Below, piece by piece: positions 39,990 through 53,338 of a DNA stretch of 64,000 bases (positions are counted from its first letter, which is position 1; every line of letters begins with the position of its first letter). The stretch lies in assembly GCA_053919585.1 (NCBI GenBank), contig JBSSHM010000096.1; one strand, given 5' to 3'. The notes beneath the pieces are model-generated. The model was given only the letters and a program-made list of their open reading frames with translations, made no database searches and had not been told where the DNA came from. This DNA comes from Euprymna scolopes (lineage: Eukaryota). The position numbers and the translations under genes are program-made.

Positions 39990-40305
39990 CCACAGTCAAG
40001 CAACATTGCAGCTTACGAGAGTCATGGCAGCCAACAAACCGGAAGTCCAAAACTCTAGTTTCACCCTCATTTGGACTCATCAGTTAGATATATCCAAACT
40101 CGGAATTGGAAACGTGAGCCTTTTGCATGCGAGGCGAGTACTTTGCCACACACAAGAAAGTCTATTAACTAACAGAGACCAAGCAAATCGCTGCGAAATT
40201 ATTCTACTTCGTCTCGAGAAGGGTTGTGGTCATCCAACCAGAAATAACCTACAGTGATTTCTCACGAGTAGGAACTTAATATAGCCTATGCCATCCAGCA
40301 TTCAA
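39990..40305 (-). repeat. copy of the ~400 bp tRNA-Ala-containing repeat
   Basis: Reverse complement is collinear with 58010-58375 and 58420-58770. Confidence 0.8.
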
Positions 40306-40859
40306 ATGTAGCGGACAATTAGTAATAGTTCTTTTCAGAATATGAGAGATTATATAATTATCTACACTGTCGAACAACGTCGCAACTAACACGAGCAATG
40401 ATAGCAAAAAAACTAGACGTTCACTACTCGAGTTTCGGACTCTTATGGTCTCATCATGGCTGAGTGACTTCACCCTTTTGTTCGAGACGAAGTAGGTTCA
40501 GTTCATATTCATATTTCCCGTTGGTTTAGGTGGACGTCAACTAAGAAATTTTCGTTTTATGGACGATATCGTTATTCTTTAAAATCCACAGAATCTCTAC
40601 GTAAACTCATAGAAAAAGTAATAAATGAGTATCCAAGCTTGGTTTGATCCGGAATGCAGTGCATGATTTCAGTATGTGTCATTAACTATTGATCTACGTT
40701 GGTTACTAAAGTGGATTAATTTCCTTACTTTGGCTAATGAATCCAATTCATGGGACGATCGTGATATGATATAAAATCCCGTATAGCTAAGAGTGAATAC
40801 ATATTTATCAAGCTTAACCCAGTATTATGCCCCAATGCCACAACGTCCAAGACTAGATA

Positions 40860-41200
40860 AGACATTCTTAAGTTTGGTATGTCTTATTCTATGGTTGCGA
40901 AAGCAGGACTCTCTGCCTAAACTGCAGAAACGCATTAACAGAGTAGAAATTTGGTTTGAGAGAAAATGTTAGGGATACTTTTGAAAGACCCCACCTAACG
41001 AGGAAATATGGATTAAAATGGGATGCAATAAGAATTGCTAATCAGACCTAACACGAAAGACAATTAATTTTCTGACGACGTGTTTGCCGTCAAAGAAACA
41101 TAGAACACAGAATATTTATTATTGACTGGTAGAATGACAGTATCGAAAAAGAAAGGTCGACGCAGGCGCATTTCATAATCAACTTGATCTATTAGCAGGG
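40860..41200 (+). mobile_element. RTE-like LINE 3' fragment
   Basis: YGCESRTL...INRVEIW...NEE...RQLIF...KKGRRR follows the RTE C-terminal motif order. Degenerate. Confidence 0.6.
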
Positions 41201-41357
41201 GCAATCGTCCACAGTTGAGGTTTTTGGGGCTATAAATAGCCAACATCATAAGAGAGCCGTTGTCGGTGACGCTGTTAAACGGCAAGGCTGCTGTTTCTGT
41301 TGCCGTTTCTTTTGCTGTTTTAGATGCTGCTGCTGCTACGGATGGTAAACATAATGC

Positions 41358-41405
<48 letters not shown>

Positions 41406-41740
41406 TACAGGAAAAAGGGTTGTCCCTTTCATTGAAAATAAGAAGAAGATTAGATGGGTGAAAGTGAGATTAGGATAAGCCGGAACTCTAACCTTGTAAG
41501 CAAGGTTCAGAAATAGAATGTTAGAAATCGGAATGTTAAAAAGGCCTATTGTTAAACACTATTAAAAATAGTTAGATATTATTTATATTTCAAGCATAAT
41601 AATTGAGTGTCATTCTTTTTTAAACTGAATATTAAAAATGCCAGCTGAAAAGACTGAAGAATACAAATTACAACGCCATTGATAAAAAATAGGTTAGTTT
41701 AAAAAATAGGTTGGTTGAGAATTCTTTATTGTCAAAATTG

Positions 41741-42052
41741 TGTTAGGAAAAACGTGTGCATTAGCCACGTGTGTTGGTCAGGTTTTGGAACGACGCGTCT
41801 GACGTCATAGCAATAAGAGGATTCTCAATATAAAAGCAAGAGTTAGTCAAATTAGAGTAGTTGAGGCAGAACAGTTGAGTCTGCTAGTCAGTTAGGGAGA
41901 GAGTTGAGAGTCATTTGGAAGCGAAGGGAAGAACAGTAAACAAAGTAGATCCCGAATTTGAATTCCTGACGTCATCATCATTCGACCAGTCGAAGGAATA
42001 AAATAATCATGTTTGTGTTTTTCTAAAACTGATCTCGTGCCATCTTTCAACA
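41741..42052 (+). mobile_element. possible solo LTR
   Basis: TGTT...AACA ends, 312 bp, TATAAAA at 41829, AATAAA at 41997, two TGACGTCA motifs. No clear TSD. Confidence 0.35.
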
Positions 42053-42250
42053 CTCAAAAGGTAATGTGCGAAGCATCTTATTATGAACCTTTCGTAATTC
42101 TCTCATGAATATGTATCAATATCACCCCGCTATATATGCTAAGAAGAAACATCCCGGAACTGTATAAATATAGTCCTCTCTATATCTGCGTCATCGTTAC
42201 TTCTGTATTGCATGCCCCCGCTATATTTTAAATATGAATTCCTTGCTATG

Positions 42251-42321
<71 letters not shown>

Positions 42322-45300
42322 GCAATCCATAATATGCAACAAGGAATAATTCATTGCAAACTGTACACATTTTTTTAGAATGTGGTTATAAAGTTTATGA
42401 AAAAAATCTTATATATTAATTATATTATAAAATTTCTGTACTTTATTGTGTTAAAATGTAAAACGTATAATGGCCTGTAGGCCACTTCGAGAGGAAAATA
42501 AATAATGCAATATGAATGAAATATAAAATATTGTATCGAAACTAATTAATTGTGCTAATTCGGCGTTTAAGGTCACCGTAACCCACACATTTGCGCACAA
42601 TTCCAAGAACATCAAATAGAAATAGAAACAGAATGACAAAAACAACTAAGGAATGAAAACGAAAATAATATGTCATTATACACATGATTTATTTAGAAAT
42701 ATAGTTTGACACGGACTGAAACGGAGGGAGCAATTCATTTAGATCGAACCCGCACGAACATACACAGCGACACACACGTCCATTATGAAAGATTTTTGCA
42801 GATATATGTTATAAATTGTTCTATAGATATGTAAGCATTTTAACAGTTTAATAGTACATTACGCAAGCCCAAATGTCTATACCACACATGCGAGAAAAAA
42901 AAAACTATTGAATATTTTTCTACGCTGCGTGGGAAAAGATTAAAAAAAATTAAAGAATATAAGAAAACAAGCGATTTACGGAATACTCATGATTTTTCTC
43001 AGTAAATCCAATTAAGATAGATAAGTTATAATAAAGTAAATGTAATAAAATAAAAAATTTGGTAAATTCAATTGAAATAAATTATAACAACTATATGTAA
43101 AAATGATATTATAATAAATGATGCAAAAAAATTGAAAACAAAATCGAAACTAAGTATTTTCCTATATCTTATTTCATTATTAAAAATGATTTTTTTTTTC
43201 AACGAAACATTACAATACTATATAAATATTTAGAGAATTCCATATTAAAGGGAAATAGAAAGCTATTCAAATATTTTATCTGTAAAACATTTGATTAATA
43301 TAATTAACTAATTAAACATGCAGTTAATCAACACATACACCGTTTCTAATCATCAAAAAGGGGCGAAGGTAAGGGCTAATCATTTTTATAATGATGATGA
43401 GTTCATTCTGCGGAATTTTCATATGGTTAAGCGAGGCAGTTTTGCCTATACAGAATTGTTGTATAAAACTGCAATGGACTATACACTAATTCTAAGCATT
43501 AGTATGAAAGTAATCCATAACTTCTAGAAACCTAACTTATATAGTATAGTATAAGAAGTTTTAAGATATATGATCTAAAATAAAGGAAAGGGGAGTTATA
43601 TGGCATGAATGTGATCATAACTATTCAGCTATTTATCTAAATAGGGAATTAGTGAAAAAAAAACTATTTAATAAGTCAACGCACTGAGCTATTAGAATAC
43701 ACGTGTCCAACAAAAGAAGTCAATCTAAGCAAAGGTATTATTTGTATATATTTATAAACATTACAGTGTCCGTAGAAGAGATAATCATTAATTTTAGAAT
43801 GAATCCAGAAAATTTATATGCGCTACTTTATTATATAGATTTTTCTATATAAACAGTTTTATTATGCAAGGTGAATCCAAACTGGCTGTATTTAATGTGT
43901 TTCATAATTTTTTATTGCGAAATAATTTCATGTTTATATTAATTTTATCTTTATTTTAGAGTAATGTAATCATCTTAAAATCCTCCTAAATTAAATGGTT
44001 ATATAATTTGAAATAACTTGTGTACGATTTTAATTATATCAGTACAGTGCATTTTAATAAGTAATACACGTTTCTAGATGTGAAGCTTCTGGTTAAGTTT
44101 ATTAGAAAAGTACACTGTTTATTATCTATATTTTTATTTTTAACAGAACGCATGTAGTGTGAAATTTATACTTTGATTAATGTGAACATAGCGCTAATAT
44201 ATATGTGTGGTTTGCAATGCTCCTGAACTATATTGCTATTGTGGAAAATTCGATTGAGACTAGGAGCGTGTGGATGTATAATCAGAGTGAATTTGATCGC
44301 TACTTTCTAATTTAATAGAGTCTAAACTTACATGATTGGGGTTTCCCTATTAGGATATTTGAAATTGTGAAAATTCGTACATATAAATACAGCAAGTTCT
44401 GAAATATATGTTTGTTAGAGCTTGTGCCGGTCTGGGTGTGTACCTGTGTGTTTTTGTGTGCGAGCGCGCGTGTGTGTGAGTGTGCAGGTTTAATGGGAGT
44501 GAATTGTGGCCCCGGCATGTTTCAGTGTGCGTCATACATTATTTATGAATGAATTAATATATCTCAGCGACACTAATTAGTTAAGATAAAGTATTTAATA
44601 TTTTATTCATATTATAATATTTAATAGGTCTATATCATTTTTTCTCTCGCCGTGGCGTATATTCTATTACAAGTTTTATCTCATAATATTTTAATATATA
44701 ATTTTAATATATATTAATTGGATCAGAGATTTTTCAGTAAAGTTTATATAACTAACTTTTCACAAACACATTGTATATTACGCCTGTTAAATTTATTAAA
44801 ATCTGTAATGCATTAGGCCTAATCACATACGATGGATTGCTGCGTAATACCTAATTATTACCATTATAAGCAGCAGCAGTAATAACAACAACGGCTGCTT
44901 TATAGCTGTATAAATAGAAAGATACGGAATATTTTAGCAATCATTTTTGTTAGCTAAACTTATACAATATTGCCTATTATTTAATTAATAATTGTACATG
45001 GTTAATATAAGATATAATTGGGAAATATCATCAGCAAACAAGAATCCAGTATTAGATTAAAAATTATAATAACATTAAATATCTAAACACTCATCAGGGC
45101 CAAAAATCTAAAAATGTCATTTATATTGCAGACTATTTTTTACGAGGCTGGCATACGAATTCTCAGATCTACGTGTGGTAAAAAATAATTTAAATGTCCA
45201 AATGTAAGGACAATATTAAAACATATCTAGCAAATAATGTAAAAGTGTTTTTACTGGAAAATATGTTTTTGTTTTGATTTATTTAAGATATTTTGCATTT

Positions 45301-47242
45301 TTAACGGTTTTTACGGAAATAAAATAATCAAAGATTACGTACAATATAAATAATGGTTAGACATTAAAGTACTTGTTCAGTTTTCTACAGAATGTATGTG
45401 TTTTAAGAAACATCTTAATGGAAACTAATGTAATATAGCTGGAAAATTGGATTTTGTCCTGCATTTCTGTAATATTCTTCTATTTTTAGGTGAATATAAA
45501 AATATATTCGTTACATAATCACACCAACATCTGTATGTAGCCATTCTAGTTCTATGCAGTAGCATAAATTTTTATATTATTTGGGTAATTAATGAACATT
45601 TAAATACATCTTTGTTTTAGTATTTTTAAGGTTAGTTGCATATGGAGAAGTCTTCTCATTGAATTTACTATTTAGAATTACTTGGAATCTAAAAGTATGC
45701 TGATACTGATGGCACTTATTTAGATCAATACATTTTTGGTTGGGGCGAGAAATGTTCATGTTAATTTAAATAGGTTTTACACCAAAAGAACTTGTCAAAC
45801 TGAGAATACTATATAAGAGTAAGGGTTCAGATTAAATCACTATAGACAACAACCTCATCACTATAAAAACAGCATACGAGACAGGAGGTATCGCGATCAT
45901 GAGCACCACCGAATGTATGTGCACACTTAATCTGTACATGACACATACTATAATACTATGCAACATTATACAGTTCATCCATGAACAAAAACACTTTAAT
46001 CCAATAAAAAATACATTTACAATTAAACAAACGGGCATGGGAACAATAACTAAACTAGACGCCACACTAACAAATAATGAATCTTACAAATCCCCTCAGT
46101 AACGCAACTGCACACTAAAATCTAAACACCCTATTATGCATAAATTATAGGTAAAGCTGCTAAGAATAATGCCGAAAAATTAACTCCAGACCACTACAAA
46201 TGGTTGTCTTGACGCAATATCTAACCTCCATAAATTCCTCTTCAGTAATCAACAGCATACTCGTACACCTTACAGCCGACGAGACAATAACACTATCGAT
46301 TAGCGAACATTTACAAATATATAGTATGGCGAATAGTTTTTGTTTATTTCTACTTCGTTATTTTATTAATCTAGGCTATTGGCCCCCGTCCNNNNNNNNN
46401 NNNNNNNNNNNNNNNNNNNNNNNNNNNNNNNNNNNNNNNNNNNNNNNNNNNNNNNNNNNNNNNNNNNNNNNNNNNNNNNNNNNNNNNNNNNNNNNNNNNN
46501 NNNNNNNNNNNNNNNNNNNNNNNNNNNNNNNNNNNNNNNNNNNNNNNNNNNNNNNNNNNNNNNNNNNNNNNNNNNNNNNNNNNNNNNNNNNNNNNNNNNN
46601 NNNNCCAACCTATTTTAAGGACACCAATAACAACCTATAAATTCCACAAAAAAAAAATTGTCAGAAATTTTCCAAACAACACAATTCTAGTTAAATTGTA
46701 TGTATTTTCTATGTATTCTAACGTTCACACGAGGAAAATATCCGCTTGAATAAGGGTTTACACATCTATACCGCCATGCAGCTACTCCACTTAAAGAAAT
46801 AAAAGTTAGCAGCAAAACAAGCAGAATTTTCATAAAATGACAATAAAAATCATCTCCACAAAGATTAATTATATTAAACAAGAATAACACTAGAAAACTA
46901 TACAACCACCTAAAGAGATATGCACACAACTTCAACTAGGCTCTTACCTAAGCAGAATAAACAATAGCTCTCATTAGGGTAAAACAGCAGCTTGTTAACC
47001 TTCATTCTCCACGTGCATCAACAAAAGACATAAAGCACTTACGCATAACAAAACGTGTAACTTACCTAGATGTAAGATATGCCAAGACATCAACACTTAG
47101 GAGGCATTCGTCCACCAAGGAAAAACATCCAACAAAACTCCTTAGTACCACTTAATTGCATACTCACTCTCTCTCTCTCTTTCTCTTTATATATATATAT
47201 ATATACATATTATGTGCATTTATGCAGCATCTTCTCATATAC

Positions 47243-47281
<39 letters not shown>

Positions 47282-47299
47282 GTATATTTAGGCAGCATC

Positions 47300-48260
47300 T
47301 ATGGGTTAAGATGAAATAGAATATTTAAAGGGTATATTTCAGAATAATTCCGTTCCTAACTTCACATACGAACCAAGTACTAATAATAAACTCTCGTGTT
47401 TAGACGTTCTCATTGACGCTAGTAGTAAATAATTAATCACCTCCGTTTTTAACAAACCTGCATCCGTTAATTCCTGTATTTTAAATTATAAAACCGAATG
47501 TTCATTCCGTTATAAAACGAATATAGTAATAGAAGAAAAGAGTATAGTAGAGTAAGGAATCTTATACATCGTGCAAAGGTGATTTCCTCAAATCAAAAAA
47601 TATTTTCAATGAATTTTAAAATATAAAACAAATGTTAGTAAATAATCAAATCCCACACTCTCTTGTAGATGAAGAAGTAAACTAGCCATTAGCAATTTGA
47701 ATCAAATTAAACATATCCAAGAAAAATATCAACTTATTAATATATATTACCGTAACCAGTTATACAAGAAATCAAAAATCGATGAAAGTATTCTTAAAAA
47801 TGTAATCTGTAGATACGTGGCTCCCAATAATAATAAAAAAATAAAATGTATTATATATTATTACAAAATATACAGACAACAAGCCTTGTAATAAAAAAAC
47901 ACCATTTCGCGGGCAAATGACCTGTTGGAAAGGACCAAGGTAGTTTACAAATTCAGCTGCCCAAAACTAGAGTGTATCTCCAATACTAGTAGCTACATTG
48001 GTTCAACAACTTACACATTGTCGCGAGGATTGACTCTCTACCTCTCTAACTCTAGCTCCATTTTACAACATTTGAAGGGACATGGCTGTTATCATTCGGA
48101 ATTTCGAAGGATTATGGTAGAAAATACAAGAGTATTGCAGAGTGAGAGAAATGTAAATAGGCTAAGAATACTCGAGGCGTTGTATATTAAAATAAAGAAA
48201 CCTAAGATAAATAATATTAATTATGAGCGCAGCCGAAACGTTTTGAAATGTTTGGGATAA
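47300..48260 (+). mobile_element. Penelope-like element (Penelope/Poseidon type): RT C-terminus plus GIY-YIG endonuclease
   Basis: NNKLSCLDVLI..TSVFNKP..NLIHRAKVISS remnants. ORF 47925-48260 reads [37 protein letters not shown]. Confidence 0.9.
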
Positions 48261-48263
48261 ATG

Positions 48264-48342
<79 letters not shown>

Positions 48343-48374
48343 GGGGGGTGTTTGCGTGTGTATGTGTGTATGGG

Positions 48375-48439
<65 letters not shown>

Positions 48440-48542
48440 TCCGCCCACCTAACTTGTAACAAGCAAACATGTGACTATGAAAAAATGTATATATATATAT
48501 GTAATTTAAAAAAAGACAATTTCTACATCTGTCTCTACAATA

Positions 48543-48585
48543 TGCCTGAGGATGATAGAAGAACTTCTGTCGAAATCGCTCTCGA
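48543..48585 (+). ncRNA. degenerate hammerhead motif in PLE tail
   Basis: CUGAGGA u GAUAGAAG aa CUUCUGUC GAAA. Core and stem II are present; stems I and III pair poorly. Confidence 0.45.
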
Positions 48586-48704
48586 TTATGGATCCAACAT
48601 ATACAATTTCGAGAAGAAAACAAAAAGGACTATCCGGAGATTGTAGAAGATAAAAAGAAAAATCGTAAAACAGAATAACTCCGTGCTATTCAATAATATT
48701 TGTC

Positions 48705-48767
<63 letters not shown>

Positions 48768-49783
48768 CATCAATTACGTTGCATATTCGACTCATTTGTT
48801 TTTCTCATGTTTATCTATCTCTATATCTGAATTTACCTTATAGGCTAGTTACATTGTACGAGCTCCTATAAAACAAGACTATTAAGCAATTTTGGTTTTG
48901 ATAACGAACTTTTTTTCTTTCCTGTCCCTTATATCATCCCCTCTTTCCCTGTGTCTCTTTTTTCTCCATACATATGTACATAGATTTGTGTATATGTATA
49001 TATGTATATGTATGTGTACATGTGTATACGGTTAAGAAAGGCCATCTATGCAAGCTAAGTTACTAACCACCTGAGATCTTATTGAACACCTTGTTCTTTT
49101 ACCTTCTCCCGCCATACTTCAAACGCATCCCCTGCATTATAGTGTGGAAGACCCAATAATACGGTCGATAATTTTGTTGAAAATAGCGTAGTTTCTAAAC
49201 CATATTTACATTTGTTAACGTATAGATATGCGTATGTAAATATATTGTAATAAATTAATATGATATTTAGTTAGCAAGACAAATAAAAAAAGGATGTTTT
49301 AATGCTTTATTTTTTAACGGAATGCACATGTAATCTATAATTTGATTATAAAGGAATTCATGCACTTTATATGATGTGTTGTGTAAAATAATAAGGTTTT
49401 CTCATTGTCTTCTATTCCCGGATTTATTAGAAAATGGATTAAGCAAAAAACAATTGTGATGATGTAAATCTGTACTTAGCGGAATTACTCTCATATGATT
49501 CCCTGTTATCAGAGTGCGTCAGAACATTTTTAAATAAGCATAAAGAATACCTTGCATTTTTATTAGAAAAACAAAGACTTCATTCAAACCCTATATGCTA
49601 TAGATTAGAATAAGTAATTTTTTATTCAAATCTCATGTGCAATATAGATTCCNNNNNNNNNNNNNNNNNNNNNNNNNNNNNNNNNNNNNNNNNNNNNNNN
49701 NNNNNNNNNNNNNNNNNNNNNNNNNNNNNNNNNNNNNNNNNNNNNNNNNNNNNNNNNNNNNNNNNNNNNNNNNNNNNNNNNNN

Positions 49784-51282
49784 GTTCGCACTTGTTATTT
49801 TTTACAAAACCCAAATTTATGCCAAATTCAATGTAACAGTTTAAACAAGTCATACTGCTTAATTTGAGTTGCCGCTAATTCCTTTATAATTTTACCAGTT
49901 CATAATTGTACTTTTAATTGAAGTATCCTTGAGTTTCCATTAATTTAAAAGCAATATTTTCAAATTAATACGGCAAAAAGTATCTCCGCAGCAACAAATA
50001 AGCTTAGAACCAGCTTAAAATATTCACATTTTTAGCTTCTATAATCGAAATTGTCCTTTGTTCCTAGATTATACACCATAACATTTAGTTATATAACACA
50101 AGATTCTCTTGGAAAGCGTCAGGGACTCATTAATCAAATCCCTTCTTGTTTAAATGTGATGAGAAAACGGTGCGACTAATTGTCCAAAATCACGAAAACA
50201 TCGACAGTATTCATGATGCCCCTAAATCTGGTCGTCATATAATGTTACTTCTTACAGGGAAGACAATGTGATCAAGATCAGCAGCCACAGAAGCAAATTC
50301 GTTCCAAAATCCAACATCAGTGTAATCTTGTTAAGAAATGCTCTCATTCAATAGTTGAAAATGTTTACAAATTATTTTGCTAGGCTGTGTTCCAAGACGC
50401 AAGACAATGATTTCTGTAAATCATGACCCTTGATATTGTGATTTTTAGCGAGTAATGAAAGTTCAATAGGCTATCCAGTGATAGTAGGCAGTGCGCCCGT
50501 AAAGCAAGGACAAAGCTTTAATTCAAGGTGCACAATTTCAACATTGCAAAATGGTAGAGGTCCAGCTTTGGTGTAGGATGATATTAGTGGCAGTGCTTCA
50601 CGGCTAATACTTCGCTTGAAAGGTTGAATTCACTCTATCAAGTGTATTAATATGTTGACTGATCATTTTCTTCCATACTGTGGTCGGGAGTTGGAGGTTA
50701 ATCTTATCTTCGTGCACGATAATGCTCCTATTCACACAGCTGGCAGGGTTCAGGTGTTCCTTGGAAAGCATAATATTCCGTGTTTCGATTGGCCTGCAGA
50801 ATCTCCAGACCTCAATCCTATTGAAAACATATGCCATTAGATTAAGTAAAATATGTGCAATGATACAAATTTTAATCTGGAAGAACTTTGGACAAAACTT
50901 TAAGAGAACTGTGATGCATTTTTACCGCAGAAAAATTCAAAAGAATGGCCAGAAAATCTGCTGGTTTTCACATTGCAGAAAGGCTTTGCTGCTAAATGAT
51001 AACTAGTTCGTTGTGTTTCTGTAGTACATTTGTTGCATTAATGTTATAAAGTTACATTTTAATAATTTTCCTTGTTCAGAGTTTCTCTTGGCCTTCCTGA
51101 TTTGGAGTTATTATTTTTTATTTGACGTGGGCACTATGATTCTTCAATTAAAAAGCAAATATAAACAGGTCAAATTATTGAATAATAAAAGACACATCAG
51201 ATAACGTATAGCTTTTTTAAACAGTTACATTCAAATCAGCTTAATTTTGTTGAGTTCGAGGGCGGACTTTGTTTTGGGCGTA
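49784..51282 (+). mobile_element. decayed Tc1 IR/DR element, same family as 53339-55860
   Basis: ORF 50652-50840 reads FVHDNAPIHTAG...WPAESPDLNPIENI. TIR remnants GTTCGCACTTGTTATTTTTT and GCGGACTTT. Confidence 0.88.
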
Positions 51283-51542
51283 TTACAGAAGATTGTAAGA
51301 AATTGCTTTGCGTAACACCTTTGTTAGAGAGATTATGAAAGAGGAGGTAATTTAGACCATAAAAATCCGAGCGTTCAATGTACAAAAGAACAGTATCTTA
51401 CATTTAAAACTGGGTTATCCTCTCATTTAAAATAGATTTTGATTCGCAAGAACGTTAAGGTCACCTTGCAGTAATTTTAGTAAGATATAGAATAATATAT
51501 CAAGGAAGGTTTTTTCTTCTTTTGTATACGTATTATTTAAAT

Positions 51543-51570
<28 letters not shown>

Positions 51571-51575
<5 letters not shown>

Positions 51576-52203
51576 CTATTATATTAAAAGGACTTTTAAA
51601 AAGAAAATTGTGTATCTGTGTATCTGTTTCTATGTGTGTTCGATCCCTATGTACTCGAAAATTGCTGGGTCGATTTTTCGAAATTTTATACGAATATACT
51701 TCATGTGCGTGGCAGTGTTTTCATATAGATTTTGTGGCAGAATGTATTCGATGAGTATCGATACTCGATAATGGAAATATTACGATGAAAGGCGAAACAG
51801 GAAATTCGAACAGAACTTAACATCTTACACAGCCTCACATCACAAGTGCATTTGACAGGTTTTATTACCACACAAACCGAAATGCCCAACATATAAAATC
51901 AACAATACGTTCTTTGATATGACAGGGGGTCGTTTGAAATGAATGTTTCTGTTTAAAGCACAATTTGACAATGATACTTGACGTTTTTCATTTTAAACAT
52001 TAATGCAAGCCATTATATATATAAAAAAGGGATGTGGAGTTTCCTCCATGTGCATTTTAATGGAACCCCATTTAGATCAGACAATCAATCGTTTTTATTG
52101 AAAATGAGATATTTCATCAATTTCGGCGACATTATACATATGGGAATGTGAAAGATCCATTGATCATCATGTAATCCCGGACAACCTTGGGTCGCACTGC
52201 TAG
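51571..52203 (+). mobile_element. non-autonomous Helitron, family B
   Basis: A|TCTACTATTATATTAAAAG start. Ends CCCGGACAACCTTGGG hairpin plus CTAG. Confidence 0.75.
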
Positions 52204-53338
52204 GAGACTTAGGAGTAACAGTAGAAAATGAAGAGATATACATTAATCTAAAATCTTATTTTACTAAGCATATTTTGTATATTATTTCAATATTGTCACA
52301 CTTGAATACAGGCATTTATAAATAAAACACAAATCGTTTACTTTCTTCATGAAACTATATATGTAAACAAGAGGACATGCCACCAAATGTTAAGAATACA
52401 AAGAGATCTACATGTAAAGAAGTTTAAGTCTTATTCAGAGAGTCTGAAGTTACACTCAAAGTAAAAAAAGCCGATTTATCCTCCTGCTGACCAAATTGGG
52501 TTTAGTAGCAACATTTGACTGATGGCATACTTTTACCCCTGCTGAGAAAATGACATTTAATCTTACACTGAGGTTAAAGATCATAAGCCATGTAGATGGA
52601 GCGTTTCTGCAGTTTTACTTTTATCTTCTATTTTATTCATTATTGCAGCTTCCATATAAGAAAAAGATCTATTTGTCTCAGCAGCTACAATCATTTATGC
52701 TCGGGCCTAGCTGAGAGCCAGAGGAATTGGACAGAAGATGCTTACTTTCCGTTTCGCTTTCACTGACGTATGCCTAGCGCGATATATTTATATATGCAAA
52801 TGTGGATTAATTTCTAAAAAGACAACCGAGTTTTAGAAATATTTAAAGATGGCCGAGGAATATTAAGAGATTAGAACTCTATTAGAGAAATACATACACA
52901 TTTAAATGGCCGTTAGTATGAATATGCATAGATATACAAACAAGTGTACGAATGCACATGAATTTCAAAATAAAATTATTGCTATATATATAAAAATGTA
53001 AATTTGTCTAAGCAAAACATACCTTGCCTCCTCCAGTATTCCTTAATCCCCGTTAAATCCCTTACAGTGTACAATAATGTAATTTATGTATTTACATCAG
53101 TTATAGAAATATAACAAAGAAAACATGCATTTTAAACAAATTCTTAGTGAAAACATGTATGCATATATATATATGTATATATATATATGTATAGCTAATG
53201 AAATATGTATGATAATAATAATAGTAATAGTATACACATAAAAATTTCATTCGAAGTAAACAAAATATATGGCTCTTTTAATAAAGTCGTGTATGCTTTT
53301 ATCTATAGACTAGAGTTATTGTCCTTCTTATTTTTATA

